Notes: generated by a model from the letters alone, not told the origin. Counted from the first letter of the stretch, positions 20,761 to 29,974 are shown. The stretch is DNA of 64,000 nucleotides from Thermodesulfobacteriota bacterium (GCA_965216785.1 OZ244197.1:544001-608000), one strand, 5' to 3'. Translations and numbers: made by a program.

Positions 20761-20919
20761 AATCCCTTTTAATCCCCCTTTTTCTAAGGGGGAATAAGAA
20801 AAGACAAAAGCAAAAGATGAGATTCTGAAACAATACTGAATAGATCCCGGATCAAGTCCGGGACATGGTTCAGAATGATAGCTTGAAGGATGAGATTCCG
20901 GGTCGAAGCCCGGAATGAC
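20761..20919. repeat. Cluster of REP-like palindromes, one with a nested insertion
   Basis: TCCCCCTT/AAGGGGGA; ATTCTGAA...TTCAGAAT enclosing TCCCGGA/TCCGGGA; ATTCCGGG/CCCGGAAT. Confidence 0.75.
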
Positions 20920-20922
20920 TAT

Positions 20923-21579
20923 TTAACGACTTATATCTACCCCTACTCTGTCGCAGTGCTCTGTGATCGGGCAGGTGGAGCAGATGGGGGAGATGGGCCG
21001 GCACTGGTGCTGGCCGAAGGCTACTAGGAGGCTGTTGTAGTCTATCCAATGCTCGCGGGGGAGTTTCTTTCTAAGCGTCATCTCTGTATCGAGCGGGTCT
21101 TTCGTTCGAATATAACCAAGCCTATTGGAAATTCTGTGGACGTGGGTATCCACGCATATTCCGTCCTTGTTATACCCAAGCGTGAGTACCAGATTTGCAG
21201 TTTTTCTGCCTACACCCTTGAATTTAAGAAGCTCGTCCAGGTCGTCGGGGACAATAGAGTCATATTTCTCTACCAGCTCACGGCATATTCCAAGAATGTT
21301 CTCAGCTTTGGTCTTATAGAACCCAACCGGGTATATGGCGTCCGCGATGGTTTCTTTACTTAGCCTGAGCATATCGCCCGGGTTATCGGCAAGCTTAAAT
21401 AAGCGCCTGGATGCTTCAGCCGTGGTCTCGTCCTTTGTCCTGAGGCTGAGGACTGTGGAGATGAGCACCTTAAATGGGTCTCGGGAGGTTTCTGCCTCGA
21501 GCGTGACTGCCGGGACGGTCCATTTGGAGTATTCTGCTTTTAATTTTTTTACTACGGTGTGGATGTCGGATGCTTTCAT
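20923..21579 (-). CDS. nth: Endonuclease III
   Basis: HhH motif L.GVGRKTAN, VDTHVHR, [4Fe-4S] motif C.PISP.C..CP....C; start at ATG 21579. Confidence 0.93.
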   Translation of the reverse strand: MKASDIHTVVKKLKAEYSKWTVPAVTLEAETSRDPFKVLISTVLSLRTKDETTAEASRRLFKLADNPGDMLRLSKETIADAIYPVGFYKTKAENILGICRELVEKYDSIVPDDLDELLKFKGVGRKTANLVLTLGYNKDGICVDTHVHRISNRLGYIRTKDPLDTEMTLRKKLPREHWIDYNSLLVAFGQHQCRPISPICSTCPITEHCDRVGVDISR

Positions 21580-21632
21580 TTGTTCTGAGGGGAAGGATAG
21601 CATAAACAGCGGAATAAGTATTAATGATAAAT

Positions 21633-21710
21633 AATCCTCCCTAGCCCTCCTTTGAGAAAGGAGGGTATAAAAAGGCAAAGATGGAGATCCTGAAACAAGT
21701 TCAGGATGAC
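21633..21710. repeat. REP-like palindrome pair (second copy of the composite)
   Basis: CCCTCCTTT/AAAGGAGGG followed by GATGGAGATCCTGAAACAAGTTCAGGATGAC. Confidence 0.75.
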
Positions 21711-21744
21711 ATCATTGAGTTTGGGGGGATTTAGAGTTTAAATA

Positions 21745-21780
21745 CCGGCAGCTTCATAAGGAGCAGCGCGAAGCTGCCGG
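21745..21780 (-). terminator. Hairpin, probable terminator of the sigma factor gene
   Basis: CCGGCAGCTTC / GAAGCTGCCGG stem followed by TATTTT on the minus strand, just past the stop codon. Confidence 0.6.
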
Positions 21781-21792
21781 GGGATAATCGAT

Positions 21793-23034
21793 TTAGTTGT
21801 ATACGTCCATGAGGCTTCTGAGCACGGGAGCCGACTTTGAGCGCCTCATACGCTCAAGAGCTTTCTTTTCGATCTGCCTGATTCTCTCTCTGGTGAGCTG
21901 GAATTTCTTGCCGATCTCATCGAGCGTAAAAGCTGTTTCATACCCTATGCCAAAGCGCATCTTCACGACTTCCCTCTCTCTAATGTTAAGCTTAAGGAGA
22001 GCGGTGTTGATGTTGTCGGGGATGGAGATCTCGGCTATCAGGCTGTCAACGCCTGTGGAGCCAGAGTCCTCGACGAAATCGAGATATGTCGCGTTCTCAC
22101 CAGCCCAGACAGGGGTGTCGAGACGAACTACACGGTTACCGCCTGATTCGAGTATTCTCCTAACGTTCTCAACACTCATTTTTGCCTTAGCGGCAATTTC
22201 TTCGGCAAATGGCTCTCTTTCGTTCTCTTTGGTGAGCACCCTTTTTACGTGGCGCACCTTGCCTGCTTTTTCCAGAAGGTAGGCGGGCATCTTAACAGTT
22301 CTGGTCTGATTGAATATGCCCCTGGTCATAGCCTGGTTGATCCACCAACAGGCATATGTGGAAAACCTGTAGCCCTTTTCGTGGTCGAACCTTTCTACAG
22401 CTTTTATGAGGCCGAGGTTACCTTCCTGGATGAGGTCGAGGAAAGGAACGCCGCGTCCGACGTAGCGCTTTGCCATACTGGCGACAAGCCTGAGGTTTGA
22501 TTTTACAAACCTGTTCCTGAGCTGGACGCCTTTGTTTGTAAATGCTCTGTACCTGCCAAGAAGAAGAGCGAGAAGTCTCTTATCGCCGGCAGTCAACTTG
22601 GAGCTATTCGGGGAAAGGCTCCACACCTCGGTATCTAGATATTTATATGTTTCGACCTGGTAGTTAGCCCAGTCGGCGTCAAATTTCATGCCGGTTAATT
22701 TTTCAATGTTCTTTTTGCAGTCTTTGGCACCGGATTCACAAGCCTTGATCTTAGCCGCAATCTGAGCTTCCTCATTCGGCGTTAGAAGCGGTTCAAGACT
22801 TACTTCCTGAAAGTATGCGTTTACAAGTCTGAGGTCACGGTTTACCTCTTCTGTTTTTTTACCTTTAGTCTTAGCAACGACTTGCGCGGGCTCCGGCTCG
22901 GAATGGAGCTCCTCGTCCAGAACCTTTTGCGGCTCCTCAATTTCTTCGTGGTCAAATTCGTGAACAACACTCTCAAGCTGAACAGTAGCTATTTCTTCGT
23001 CGTATGTATGGCCGTATTCGATTTTTTTAGACAT
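21793..23034 (-). CDS. RNA polymerase sigma factor, RpoD/RpoS family (group 2-like, no obvious region 1.1)
   Basis: NLRLV.S.AKRY, DLIQEGNLGL.KAVERFD..KGYRFSTYA.WWI.Q, TLDEIG..F.LTRERIRQIE. Confidence 0.92.
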   Translation of the reverse strand: MSKKIEYGHTYDEEIATVQLESVVHEFDHEEIEEPQKVLDEELHSEPEPAQVVAKTKGKKTEEVNRDLRLVNAYFQEVSLEPLLTPNEEAQIAAKIKACESGAKDCKKNIEKLTGMKFDADWANYQVETYKYLDTEVWSLSPNSSKLTAGDKRLLALLLGRYRAFTNKGVQLRNRFVKSNLRLVASMAKRYVGRGVPFLDLIQEGNLGLIKAVERFDHEKGYRFSTYACWWINQAMTRGIFNQTRTVKMPAYLLEKAGKVRHVKRVLTKENEREPFAEEIAAKAKMSVENVRRILESGGNRVVRLDTPVWAGENATYLDFVEDSGSTGVDSLIAEISIPDNINTALLKLNIREREVVKMRFGIGYETAFTLDEIGKKFQLTRERIRQIEKKALERMRRSKSAPVLRSLMDVYN

Positions 23035-23314
23035 TCCTGGCCTCCTGTAGGATTAGATGTGCTTTTAATGAAAATAGATGCTCCGGTTTTGTGCCGGTTA
23101 TATGTCTATAAACTAATACGATTGGAAATAGGTTTCAGCTTTAATAAAAAAAGCTGAGGGAAGGGGGCAGGAGCAGGCATAATTGAATTGATAGGGAACC
23201 CCTACGAGAGTCGAATTGTCGATGTAACTCCCTAATCTAAATACATTATTTATCGTCGAGGTGAGAAGGCTTAAACTCCGATGGTAACATACCTCAGAAT
23301 TCAATAATTCTATA

Positions 23315-23581
23315 TTACTTATTTAAAATCTCACCGACGGATAAAGAGGAAACGGGTGATATGGACGATGTGCACTTTAACATCCCCGGCTCGAGGAACT
23401 CGACGACTTTATCGTAATCATCGGTCTCAACCGTATAAATAATTGTATGTGAGCCGTGCTCAATATAAATATTATTCACTTTAAGGTCGTCCACATCTTC
23501 GTTTATAAATACCTTCCTAAAACCCCCGATGTCCTTGGGACAATTTTCGGGGTCATGAACTTGGGTTATCATAAACTGCAT
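23315..23581 (-). CDS. Small hypothetical protein (H..P.NCP motif, possibly dimeric alpha-beta barrel)
   Basis: 88 aa with SD AGGAGG upstream. Confidence 0.65.
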   Translation of the reverse strand: MQFMITQVHDPENCPKDIGGFRKVFINEDVDDLKVNNIYIEHGSHTIIYTVETDDYDKVVEFLEPGMLKCTSSISPVSSLSVGEILNK

Positions 23582-23793
23582 GATTACGCCTCCTGTACTG
23601 GAATTTATACATATAAACCCTCATAACCCACTAAAATTGCAAATTATCTGCCATAACGAAGATTCTAAAAGGGCAATACTTGAGGAGGGTTACAGCCGTT
23701 TATGTTGCAAAATCATCTGTCATTCGTCATAAAATCAGACAGAGATTATGCCATTTACGGTATTTTAAACGTTATGATGAGTATTTGGGATAC

Positions 23794-24573
23794 TCACTGG
23801 ATGGGAGAGGTATCTATATTGCCCTCGGCTTTACTTCTTATCTCGTCCCACTTCTGAAGAAGTATCATGAGCGAGGAGTCGGCCTCTTTGGCTTTGCCCT
23901 CCTGTATCATGCGGAGCACGCCCCAGATTTCTGTAACAGAGCGCTCGTTATCGAGGGTGTAGGGGTGTATGATGGAGCAGATATCACCGTAATTTAGAAC
24001 GATGAAGCCGCCGGGATCAAACCCGGAAAGCCAAGCCCGGAGATCGGATAGACCCTTTTTCATATGCTCGACATTTCCCGGGTGGAGAGCTGTAAAAGCT
24101 GATTTGTCATCCAGATTTGAGTAATTTTCGAGTATAGCTTCGGCCTCGACAATTCTATCTAGAGCATGCGCTATATTAGCGTCGTAATGTATGGCGTTTA
24201 GGCCCCAGTGGGTGAAGAGGGTCTTGCGTTCGTCCTCTGTAAACAGCATGAACCAGTCAAGCGGGATAATGTTTTCGGCGCTTAGAATATTGGCCTTTGA
24301 CGATGCTGGGGCCACGTAGTAACTCCCATGATCGTCTTTCATGAAGTAGCAGTCCTCAATCTCCCGCTCTTCTATCTCAAGATGATTGGCTAGCGCCTGC
24401 TGAAATGCCTTGTACTCGTTACCGAACCATACACCAAGTGGAGAGGTGGGACCTCCCCAGTAATTTTCGTAAAACTTTACGTATTCTAGCCAATAGGAGC
24501 TTTTATCCCTGAAACTATCTATGGGCTCATAGACTATGAGGGTACTTCTGGCCATTACAAAGTAATAAACCAA
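23794..24573 (-). CDS. Hypothetical protein
   Basis: 259-aa ORF; true start may be ATG 24555. Confidence 0.7.
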   Translation of the reverse strand: MVYYFVMARSTLIVYEPIDSFRDKSSYWLEYVKFYENYWGGPTSPLGVWFGNEYKAFQQALANHLEIEEREIEDCYFMKDDHGSYYVAPASSKANILSAENIIPLDWFMLFTEDERKTLFTHWGLNAIHYDANIAHALDRIVEAEAILENYSNLDDKSAFTALHPGNVEHMKKGLSDLRAWLSGFDPGGFIVLNYGDICSIIHPYTLDNERSVTEIWGVLRMIQEGKAKEADSSLMILLQKWDEIRSKAEGNIDTSPIQ

Positions 24574-24623
24574 ATAAGGTCTAAAATCAATTGCATGGGG
24601 TTATGTATTTTAAATAAAATAGA

Positions 24624-24653
24624 TTGACAAAAGCTTTACAACCTGCTTAATAT
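24624..24653 (+). promoter_or_regulatory. Sigma70 promoter, probably giving a leaderless transcript
   Basis: TTGACA-18-TAATAT; ATG 24660 lies 6 nt after the -10 box and has no SD. Confidence 0.55.
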
Positions 24654-24659
24654 CTTGGT

Positions 24660-25376
24660 ATGCAAGAGATTTCACTTGAAGAAATTATAATAGAAGCTAA
24701 GAAAAGAAAGATAGACTTGGGGGGAGACCCTGAGAATACAATCAAAGTTTGCGCCAAGCTGGGGCTAATACCGAAACCTAAGCGGAAAAGAACCACTAGG
24801 AAAGGGGTCAGGAAAACTACGCTCTACTTCCCTGAAAAGACCATAGACAAGCTCGCGCACATAAAAGCTATGAAGTCCGAAGGGTTGAGTCTGCATGAAA
24901 TAAGGGATAGCTTTGCACTCGAATATGTGCAGGGGGCGCTGAAAGACCTCTTGAATAACGCGGACGGCGATAAGGTAAAGGAGCTTGCTAATATTATCAG
25001 CAAGGAACAAGAGCTCGAGTCCATTGTGGAGGCTCCTCTCGTGTACTTAATTGAGGGGATGTCACAAGATGAGGCAAAAAAGCTTCTTACGCTTTTTTGC
25101 GGAGTAGGGTTCTACGCGCTGCTCGAATCGCAGAAACTGATGGAGGAATTCCGCTTCAACGAGGCCAGACGCTCGCTCTTTAAGGCTATATTCTATAACT
25201 CTATCGCGATGCTCAGAATGGCGCGCACTACAGGGGACACTAAGCTTGAAGATACAGCGTCTGAGATATACGAAAAGGCGGTTATCGCACCGATTGGGAA
25301 GGCGAGCGAGCGGGTCAGGAAGGAATTTATAAACTCGTTTGAGAAATACCTGAAGGACAAGGGTTTAACAAACTAG
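24660..25376 (+). CDS. MerR-like winged-HTH protein with unknown C-terminal domain
   Basis: TIK....LGLIPKP...YFPE..ID.L..IK.MK.EGLSL.EIR resembles a MerR-type HTH. Confidence 0.6.
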   Translation: MQEISLEEIIIEAKKRKIDLGGDPENTIKVCAKLGLIPKPKRKRTTRKGVRKTTLYFPEKTIDKLAHIKAMKSEGLSLHEIRDSFALEYVQGALKDLLNNADGDKVKELANIISKEQELESIVEAPLVYLIEGMSQDEAKKLLTLFCGVGFYALLESQKLMEEFRFNEARRSLFKAIFYNSIAMLRMARTTGDTKLEDTASEIYEKAVIAPIGKASERVRKEFINSFEKYLKDKGLTN

Positions 25377-25399
25377 AGCTATCTAAAAAGCCATACCGC

Positions 25400-25651
25400 T
25401 TAAGATTTAGCAGACAAGAATGCATTGATAGAATTTACCGACTCAAGAATCTCGGGAGTTATCTCACCCTCGTCTATGCCCACCTGGAATTCCTCTTCGA
25501 GCGCCACCACGAGCTCGAGGGTCGCCACCGAATCGAGTCCCACCCCAAGGTCTATTAACGATGAATCGTCTTCTATTTCCTCCGGGCTCATGCTTTTTAA
25601 CACGTTTTGAACAAGAAGGTGTTTTATACGCTCTTTAGTCTCTTTACTCAT
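25400..25651 (-). CDS. Acyl/peptidyl carrier protein
   Basis: LGVGLDSVATLELVVALEEEF (phosphopantetheinyl Ser); acidic, 83 aa. Confidence 0.9.
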   Translation of the reverse strand: MSKETKERIKHLLVQNVLKSMSPEEIEDDSSLIDLGVGLDSVATLELVVALEEEFQVGIDEGEITPEILESVNSINAFLSAKS

Positions 25652-25655
25652 ATTA

Positions 25656-27122
25656 TTATTTTAAACGCTCCCTGAGAACTTTGCCCGAAGGGCTGCGGGG
25701 CAGCTCGTTTACAACCTGTATTATCCTAGGCACCTTGTATCCTGCGAGCCTGTCCCTGCAGTACTCAATGATCTCCCCTGGCTCTATATCCCCTTCTGTA
25801 ACAAGGGCCGCTTTTACAAGCTCGCCGCCCTTTTCGTCATCTACGCCTAACACTACGGCTTCTTTGAGCAGTGGGTGTGAAGTAAGCACGTTCTCAACCT
25901 CTGCCGGGTCGACCTTATTGCCGCTTATGTTTATAAAGAGCTTCTTACGGCCAACTATGTATATATAGCCTTCAGGGTCGATTCTTCCCAGGTCTCCTGT
26001 GAAATAGTAACCGTTTTTAAATACCTCGGCTGTCTCTTCGGGAAGGCCGTAATAGCCAGTAGTCATGGAAGGGCTTTTAACAATGATCTCACCTATCTGG
26101 CCAGGCTCTACATCCACTCCAGAGTCGTCAAGAACTCGGACCTCAACGTTCTTTACCGCACAGCCCACAGAGCTGAACCTTTCTTCTATGGAGTCCTCGA
26201 GGTTGATGGAGATTACTCCAGTTTCAGTGGAGCCGTAGAGTTGACGCGGGTAGACACCGAACTTTGAATGAAAGCCCCGGAAGATGTGCTCCGCAAGCGG
26301 AGCGCCAGCGGAGATAACAAGCTTCAGGGCACTCAGGTCGAGCGGCTCTTTCAGTACAGTCCTAGCAAGAGCGTCCAGCATTACAGGGACTGCCGGGAAA
26401 ATGGTGACCGACTCCTTCTCTAAAAGGTCAAGAACCTTGTGGCGGTTAAACTCGCTCAGGGTTACGATGGCGGCGCCTATTTTGATAGAGCTGATAAAGT
26501 TGCCAAAGCCGTAAGTGTGGGAGATCGGGACCGTGAACAGAACCCGGTCACTCTCGTTCCAGCCAACTGTCTGTGTGTGGTTATCGGCAAGCGCTACGAG
26601 GTTCTTGTGAGTTCTGGAGACTCTTTTAGGCTGCCCGGTCGAGCCTGTCGAGTAGAGGTATATGGCTTCGTCTTCGGGGCTTATATTTTCAATATCCAAA
26701 TGAGCTTCGGTGCGCTTTAGCCAATCTGGAGAATCCCCTTTCACAACTTTAATCAGAGCGCCGGATTCGGATGCCGAATCCTGAAGCACCTCGGCAAATT
26801 CGCCATCGGTTACTATTAGACTCGCCCCAGAGTGCTCGATGTAGAACAGGATTTCATGTTTCTTAAACGCCGTGCTCACAGGTACAGATATAGCTCCCAA
26901 CTGAGCGATACCGAAAAACGAAACAACAAATTCAATAGAATTGGGTAAGAGTATTATTACCTTGTCGCCTTTTTTAATCCCTATAGAGCTCAGATATGAA
27001 GAGAATTTATTTACAAGCTCTTTGAGCTCAGCATACGAAACCCGTTTGCCATGCTCAAATACCGCCTCGCTTGCTGAGAACTTGTTTACGGCAGATATGA
27101 ATAGATGAGGAACTGTGTTCAT
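25656..27122 (-). CDS. AMP-dependent ligase (ANL adenylate-forming enzyme)
   Basis: YSTGSTGQPK, YGSTE, TGDLG, GR.K, PRSPSGKV. Confidence 0.92.
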   Translation of the reverse strand: MNTVPHLFISAVNKFSASEAVFEHGKRVSYAELKELVNKFSSYLSSIGIKKGDKVIILLPNSIEFVVSFFGIAQLGAISVPVSTAFKKHEILFYIEHSGASLIVTDGEFAEVLQDSASESGALIKVVKGDSPDWLKRTEAHLDIENISPEDEAIYLYSTGSTGQPKRVSRTHKNLVALADNHTQTVGWNESDRVLFTVPISHTYGFGNFISSIKIGAAIVTLSEFNRHKVLDLLEKESVTIFPAVPVMLDALARTVLKEPLDLSALKLVISAGAPLAEHIFRGFHSKFGVYPRQLYGSTETGVISINLEDSIEERFSSVGCAVKNVEVRVLDDSGVDVEPGQIGEIIVKSPSMTTGYYGLPEETAEVFKNGYYFTGDLGRIDPEGYIYIVGRKKLFINISGNKVDPAEVENVLTSHPLLKEAVVLGVDDEKGGELVKAALVTEGDIEPGEIIEYCRDRLAGYKVPRIIQVVNELPRSPSGKVLRERLK

Positions 27123-27137
27123 TACTTTCTATCTCGC

Positions 27138-28175
27138 TTATGGATATGTTGCAGCGCCTGTAAGTCCTTTGTTTTCTGGGAGCCCGAACATTATATTCAT
27201 ATTTTGCACGGCCTGCCCGGAGGCTCCCTTACCGAGGTTATCGAGCGCGGCTACAATAATTATCATATTATCTCTTTGGGCTAAACCTATCCGGCACATG
27301 TTTGAATATGTTACGTCTTTCACCCCGGGGAGCTTCCCCTTACACAGAAGCGAAACGAAGGGTTCATCACTATAGCGGGCTTTATAAAGTTCATATACCC
27401 GCTCGTAGTCCGCTTTATCATTTAAACGGCAGTAGATGGTAGCGAGTATGCCGCGGTTTATAGGTGCCGTGTGGGGAACAAAGTTTACGTTAATGGGTAC
27501 ATCCATTACCTCGGCAAGCTTTTGCTCCATCTCGGCTTCCTGGTCGCGGGCTGAATCGGGGGCTGGACTCAGGGCCTCGTTTACCTCTGAGAAATGATGC
27601 CCGAGTGAAGGGGCTCGGCCCCCGCCTGAGATAGATGATTTGATGTCGGCTATTATAGAATCTCCGGCTAAAAGCCCGCTTGCAGCAATAGGCAACAGGC
27701 CTAATATAACCGAGGTAGCATAGCATCCCGGGTTTGCAACAAGCACTGCGTCCCGTATCTTTTCCCTGTTCAGCTCGGGCAGTCCGTAAACCGCATTTTG
27801 TAAGTGGTCCTGGTATTTATGATCCTTCTTGAATAAAGTCTTGTAGACTGAGGCGTCACCGAAGCGAAAATCTCTGCTGAAGTCAATTACGCGTGCACCC
27901 GTTTCTAAAAACTTCGATACAAAGCGAGCGGAAATGCCGTGTGGGAGACACGAAAACACGAGGTCAGCCTTATGCTGTTCATTGAGATTGGAGACGCCTA
28001 TGCATTCTATGTCGAGAGAACTCTCGAATTGCGGAAACACACGGGAGATATTCTCACCCGAGAATTTCTCGGAGCTAAGCCAGCAAATCCGGACACCGGG
28101 ATGATTCACTAGGATTCTAAGGAGCTCAGCGCCCGTATATCCTGTTGATCCTAATATACCGATATTTATAGCCAT
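27138..28175 (-). CDS. argC: ArgC-family reductase (divergent: HRH motif absent)
   Basis: GSTGYTGAEL, YGLPELNR, ANPGCY catalytic Cys, LDNLGKGASGQAVQNMN. Confidence 0.8.
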   Translation of the reverse strand: MAINIGILGSTGYTGAELLRILVNHPGVRICWLSSEKFSGENISRVFPQFESSLDIECIGVSNLNEQHKADLVFSCLPHGISARFVSKFLETGARVIDFSRDFRFGDASVYKTLFKKDHKYQDHLQNAVYGLPELNREKIRDAVLVANPGCYATSVILGLLPIAASGLLAGDSIIADIKSSISGGGRAPSLGHHFSEVNEALSPAPDSARDQEAEMEQKLAEVMDVPINVNFVPHTAPINRGILATIYCRLNDKADYERVYELYKARYSDEPFVSLLCKGKLPGVKDVTYSNMCRIGLAQRDNMIIIVAALDNLGKGASGQAVQNMNIMFGLPENKGLTGAATYP

Positions 28176-28241
28176 ATCTATGTACTCAATTCCAAATGCC
28201 AGATATAATCATATATAAAATTTAGTCTATTAGACAGTCAG

Positions 28242-28631
28242 ATGGGTACTAAAACAAGAAGATTTTCACTTTTATTCTTCATTGTCCTTATATCGGCAAA
28301 CATCGTATTATTCACTTCACAGCGATATAGCCCCCCAAGAGCTGAATCAAAATCGTACTCCGTGTTTCACTGCCCCTCGCACGAGAGCAAGCACGGCGTC
28401 TCTTATATAGTATTTCTTCTTACTAGTAAGGAGCAGGAAAACGGCTCTGAGAAGCATTGTTTTTGCTACAGCTGCTGTAACTCAAGAGCCTCGTACGCAC
28501 TTACGACCCAGACTGACGTTTTAAGCCCGGATAAATATGCAAGTTATTTTGCCGTATTTATAGAAGTTATTTACACTGAGAATTTTTATAAAAACTTACC
28601 GATCAGGTCACCTCCCTCGTTTATTTCTTAA
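28242..28631 (+). CDS. DUF2946/CruR-like leader protein (TM/signal, Cys cluster, RSPP tail)
   Basis: Hydrophobic N-terminus, HCPSH, HCFCYSCC, C-terminal PIRSPP. Confidence 0.65.
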   Translation: MGTKTRRFSLLFFIVLISANIVLFTSQRYSPPRAESKSYSVFHCPSHESKHGVSYIVFLLTSKEQENGSEKHCFCYSCCNSRASYALTTQTDVLSPDKYASYFAVFIEVIYTENFYKNLPIRSPPSFIS

Positions 28632-28809
28632 GAAGGACATCACTATCTGTAAAACCTCGAATTTTTTGTGAATCGAGGATTACGCCCTTTCGCCCGATGG
28701 CCGGGAATGGCAGATTCCCGCCCTCACGCAGATTGCGGGAGTACGTTCTGCGTGTTCCATTTATGAGCCGTAGGGACGAAAGAGGCAAAGAATATATTGG
28801 GAGGAAATA

Positions 28810-29913
28810 ATGAAATATTTTAATAATCCGAAAGGATTAATCGCACAGTGCACAGTGCTTACGGTTTTGTTCCTGATGGGTTTTGCTTCAAGCTCAAGCG
28901 CTCAGTCATGCTGTCAAGTCACTGATGCAGACAAATTCCAGAGCAGTCAAACTTTTGACAAAAAGTGGAACGGCGGCAGACCCGACGGGCACGCGCCGAT
29001 AGGGGTAATGGGTGACCATACTCACAGCGCGGGGGAGATTATGTTCACATACCGTTTCATGCTTATGGATATGGACGGGAACCGGGTTGGAACAAAAAAA
29101 GTGAGTAACCAGAGGGTGCTCCGAGACTTTATGGTCACGCCTACGGACATGCAGACGCAGATGCATATGTTCAGTCTGATGTACGCACCGACTGATTACA
29201 TAACACTTATGGGGATGCTCCCTTACGTGAAGAAAGAGATGAACCATCTGACTCGTATGGGGACGCGGTTTAAGACGGAAACTGAAGGGCTCGGCGATAT
29301 TAAGTTTGCGGGCCTCATAAAGATATTCGACAATTACAGTCAGAGGGTGCACATAACCGCCGGACTCAGCTTACCTACCGGGTCGATCGATAAAAAAGAC
29401 AGGACACCCGCGGGACCGAACCAGCAGCTCCCCTACCCTATGCAGCTGGGCTCGGGAACATGGGACCTCCTGCCAGCAGTTACATACCTCGGCCAGTACA
29501 AAGCGGTTTCTTGGGGCTCACAGATTTCCGGTGTTATAAGGCTTGGAGAAAACGATAGAGACTATACTCTCGGGGACCAGTTTGACGCTACGGCCTGGGG
29601 AGCCTGGGACTGGTTTAACTGGGTCAGCACCTCGTACAGGCTAGATTGGTCTTCCTGGGGTAATATTGACGGCGCAGACCCCGCTCTTAACCCGGCGGTG
29701 GTGCCCACCGCTGACCCTAAACTAAGGGGCGGCGACAGGCTGGACATGCTGTTCGGGCTGAATTTCCTTGTAGCGGAGGGACCGAGATTTATCCAAGGCC
29801 AGAGGCTTGCGGTCGAGTTCGGATTTCCTGTGTTCCAGGACCTGAACGGCCCTCAGCTTGAATCTGACTGGGTACTTTGGCTTGGTTGGCAGTACGCCTT
29901 TAAAGCTCACTAG
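28810..29913 (+). CDS. Outer-membrane beta-barrel 'transporter' with His/Met-rich N-terminal motifs
   Basis: Signal peptide; PDGHAPIGVMGDHTH; GLGD; GLSLPTGS; MQLGSGTWD; aromatic C-terminal strand; SD GGAGG. Confidence 0.75.
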   Translation: MKYFNNPKGLIAQCTVLTVLFLMGFASSSSAQSCCQVTDADKFQSSQTFDKKWNGGRPDGHAPIGVMGDHTHSAGEIMFTYRFMLMDMDGNRVGTKKVSNQRVLRDFMVTPTDMQTQMHMFSLMYAPTDYITLMGMLPYVKKEMNHLTRMGTRFKTETEGLGDIKFAGLIKIFDNYSQRVHITAGLSLPTGSIDKKDRTPAGPNQQLPYPMQLGSGTWDLLPAVTYLGQYKAVSWGSQISGVIRLGENDRDYTLGDQFDATAWGAWDWFNWVSTSYRLDWSSWGNIDGADPALNPAVVPTADPKLRGGDRLDMLFGLNFLVAEGPRFIQGQRLAVEFGFPVFQDLNGPQLESDWVLWLGWQYAFKAH

Positions 29914-29935
29914 TCGCTCGTATCGGATAAACAAC

Positions 29936-29974
29936 ATATAGGCTGCGGGTTATGTGGTTACCCGTAGCCTATAT
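29936..29974 (+). terminator. Stem-loop after the barrel gene
   Basis: ATATAGGCTGCGGGT / ACCCGTAGCCTATAT. Confidence 0.6.

Noticed and set aside
20761-20919. CRISPR array
   Set aside because: The palindromes are not identical, have no regular spacers, and no cas genes are present.
23079-23100. GGCAC-containing motif upstream of the sigma factor gene
   Set aside because: GG-to-GC spacing is 12 rather than 10, so it is not a sigma54 promoter.
23113-23304. 63-aa ORF upstream of the sigma factor gene
   Set aside because: No SD, TTG start and no motif; more likely a promoter or leader region.
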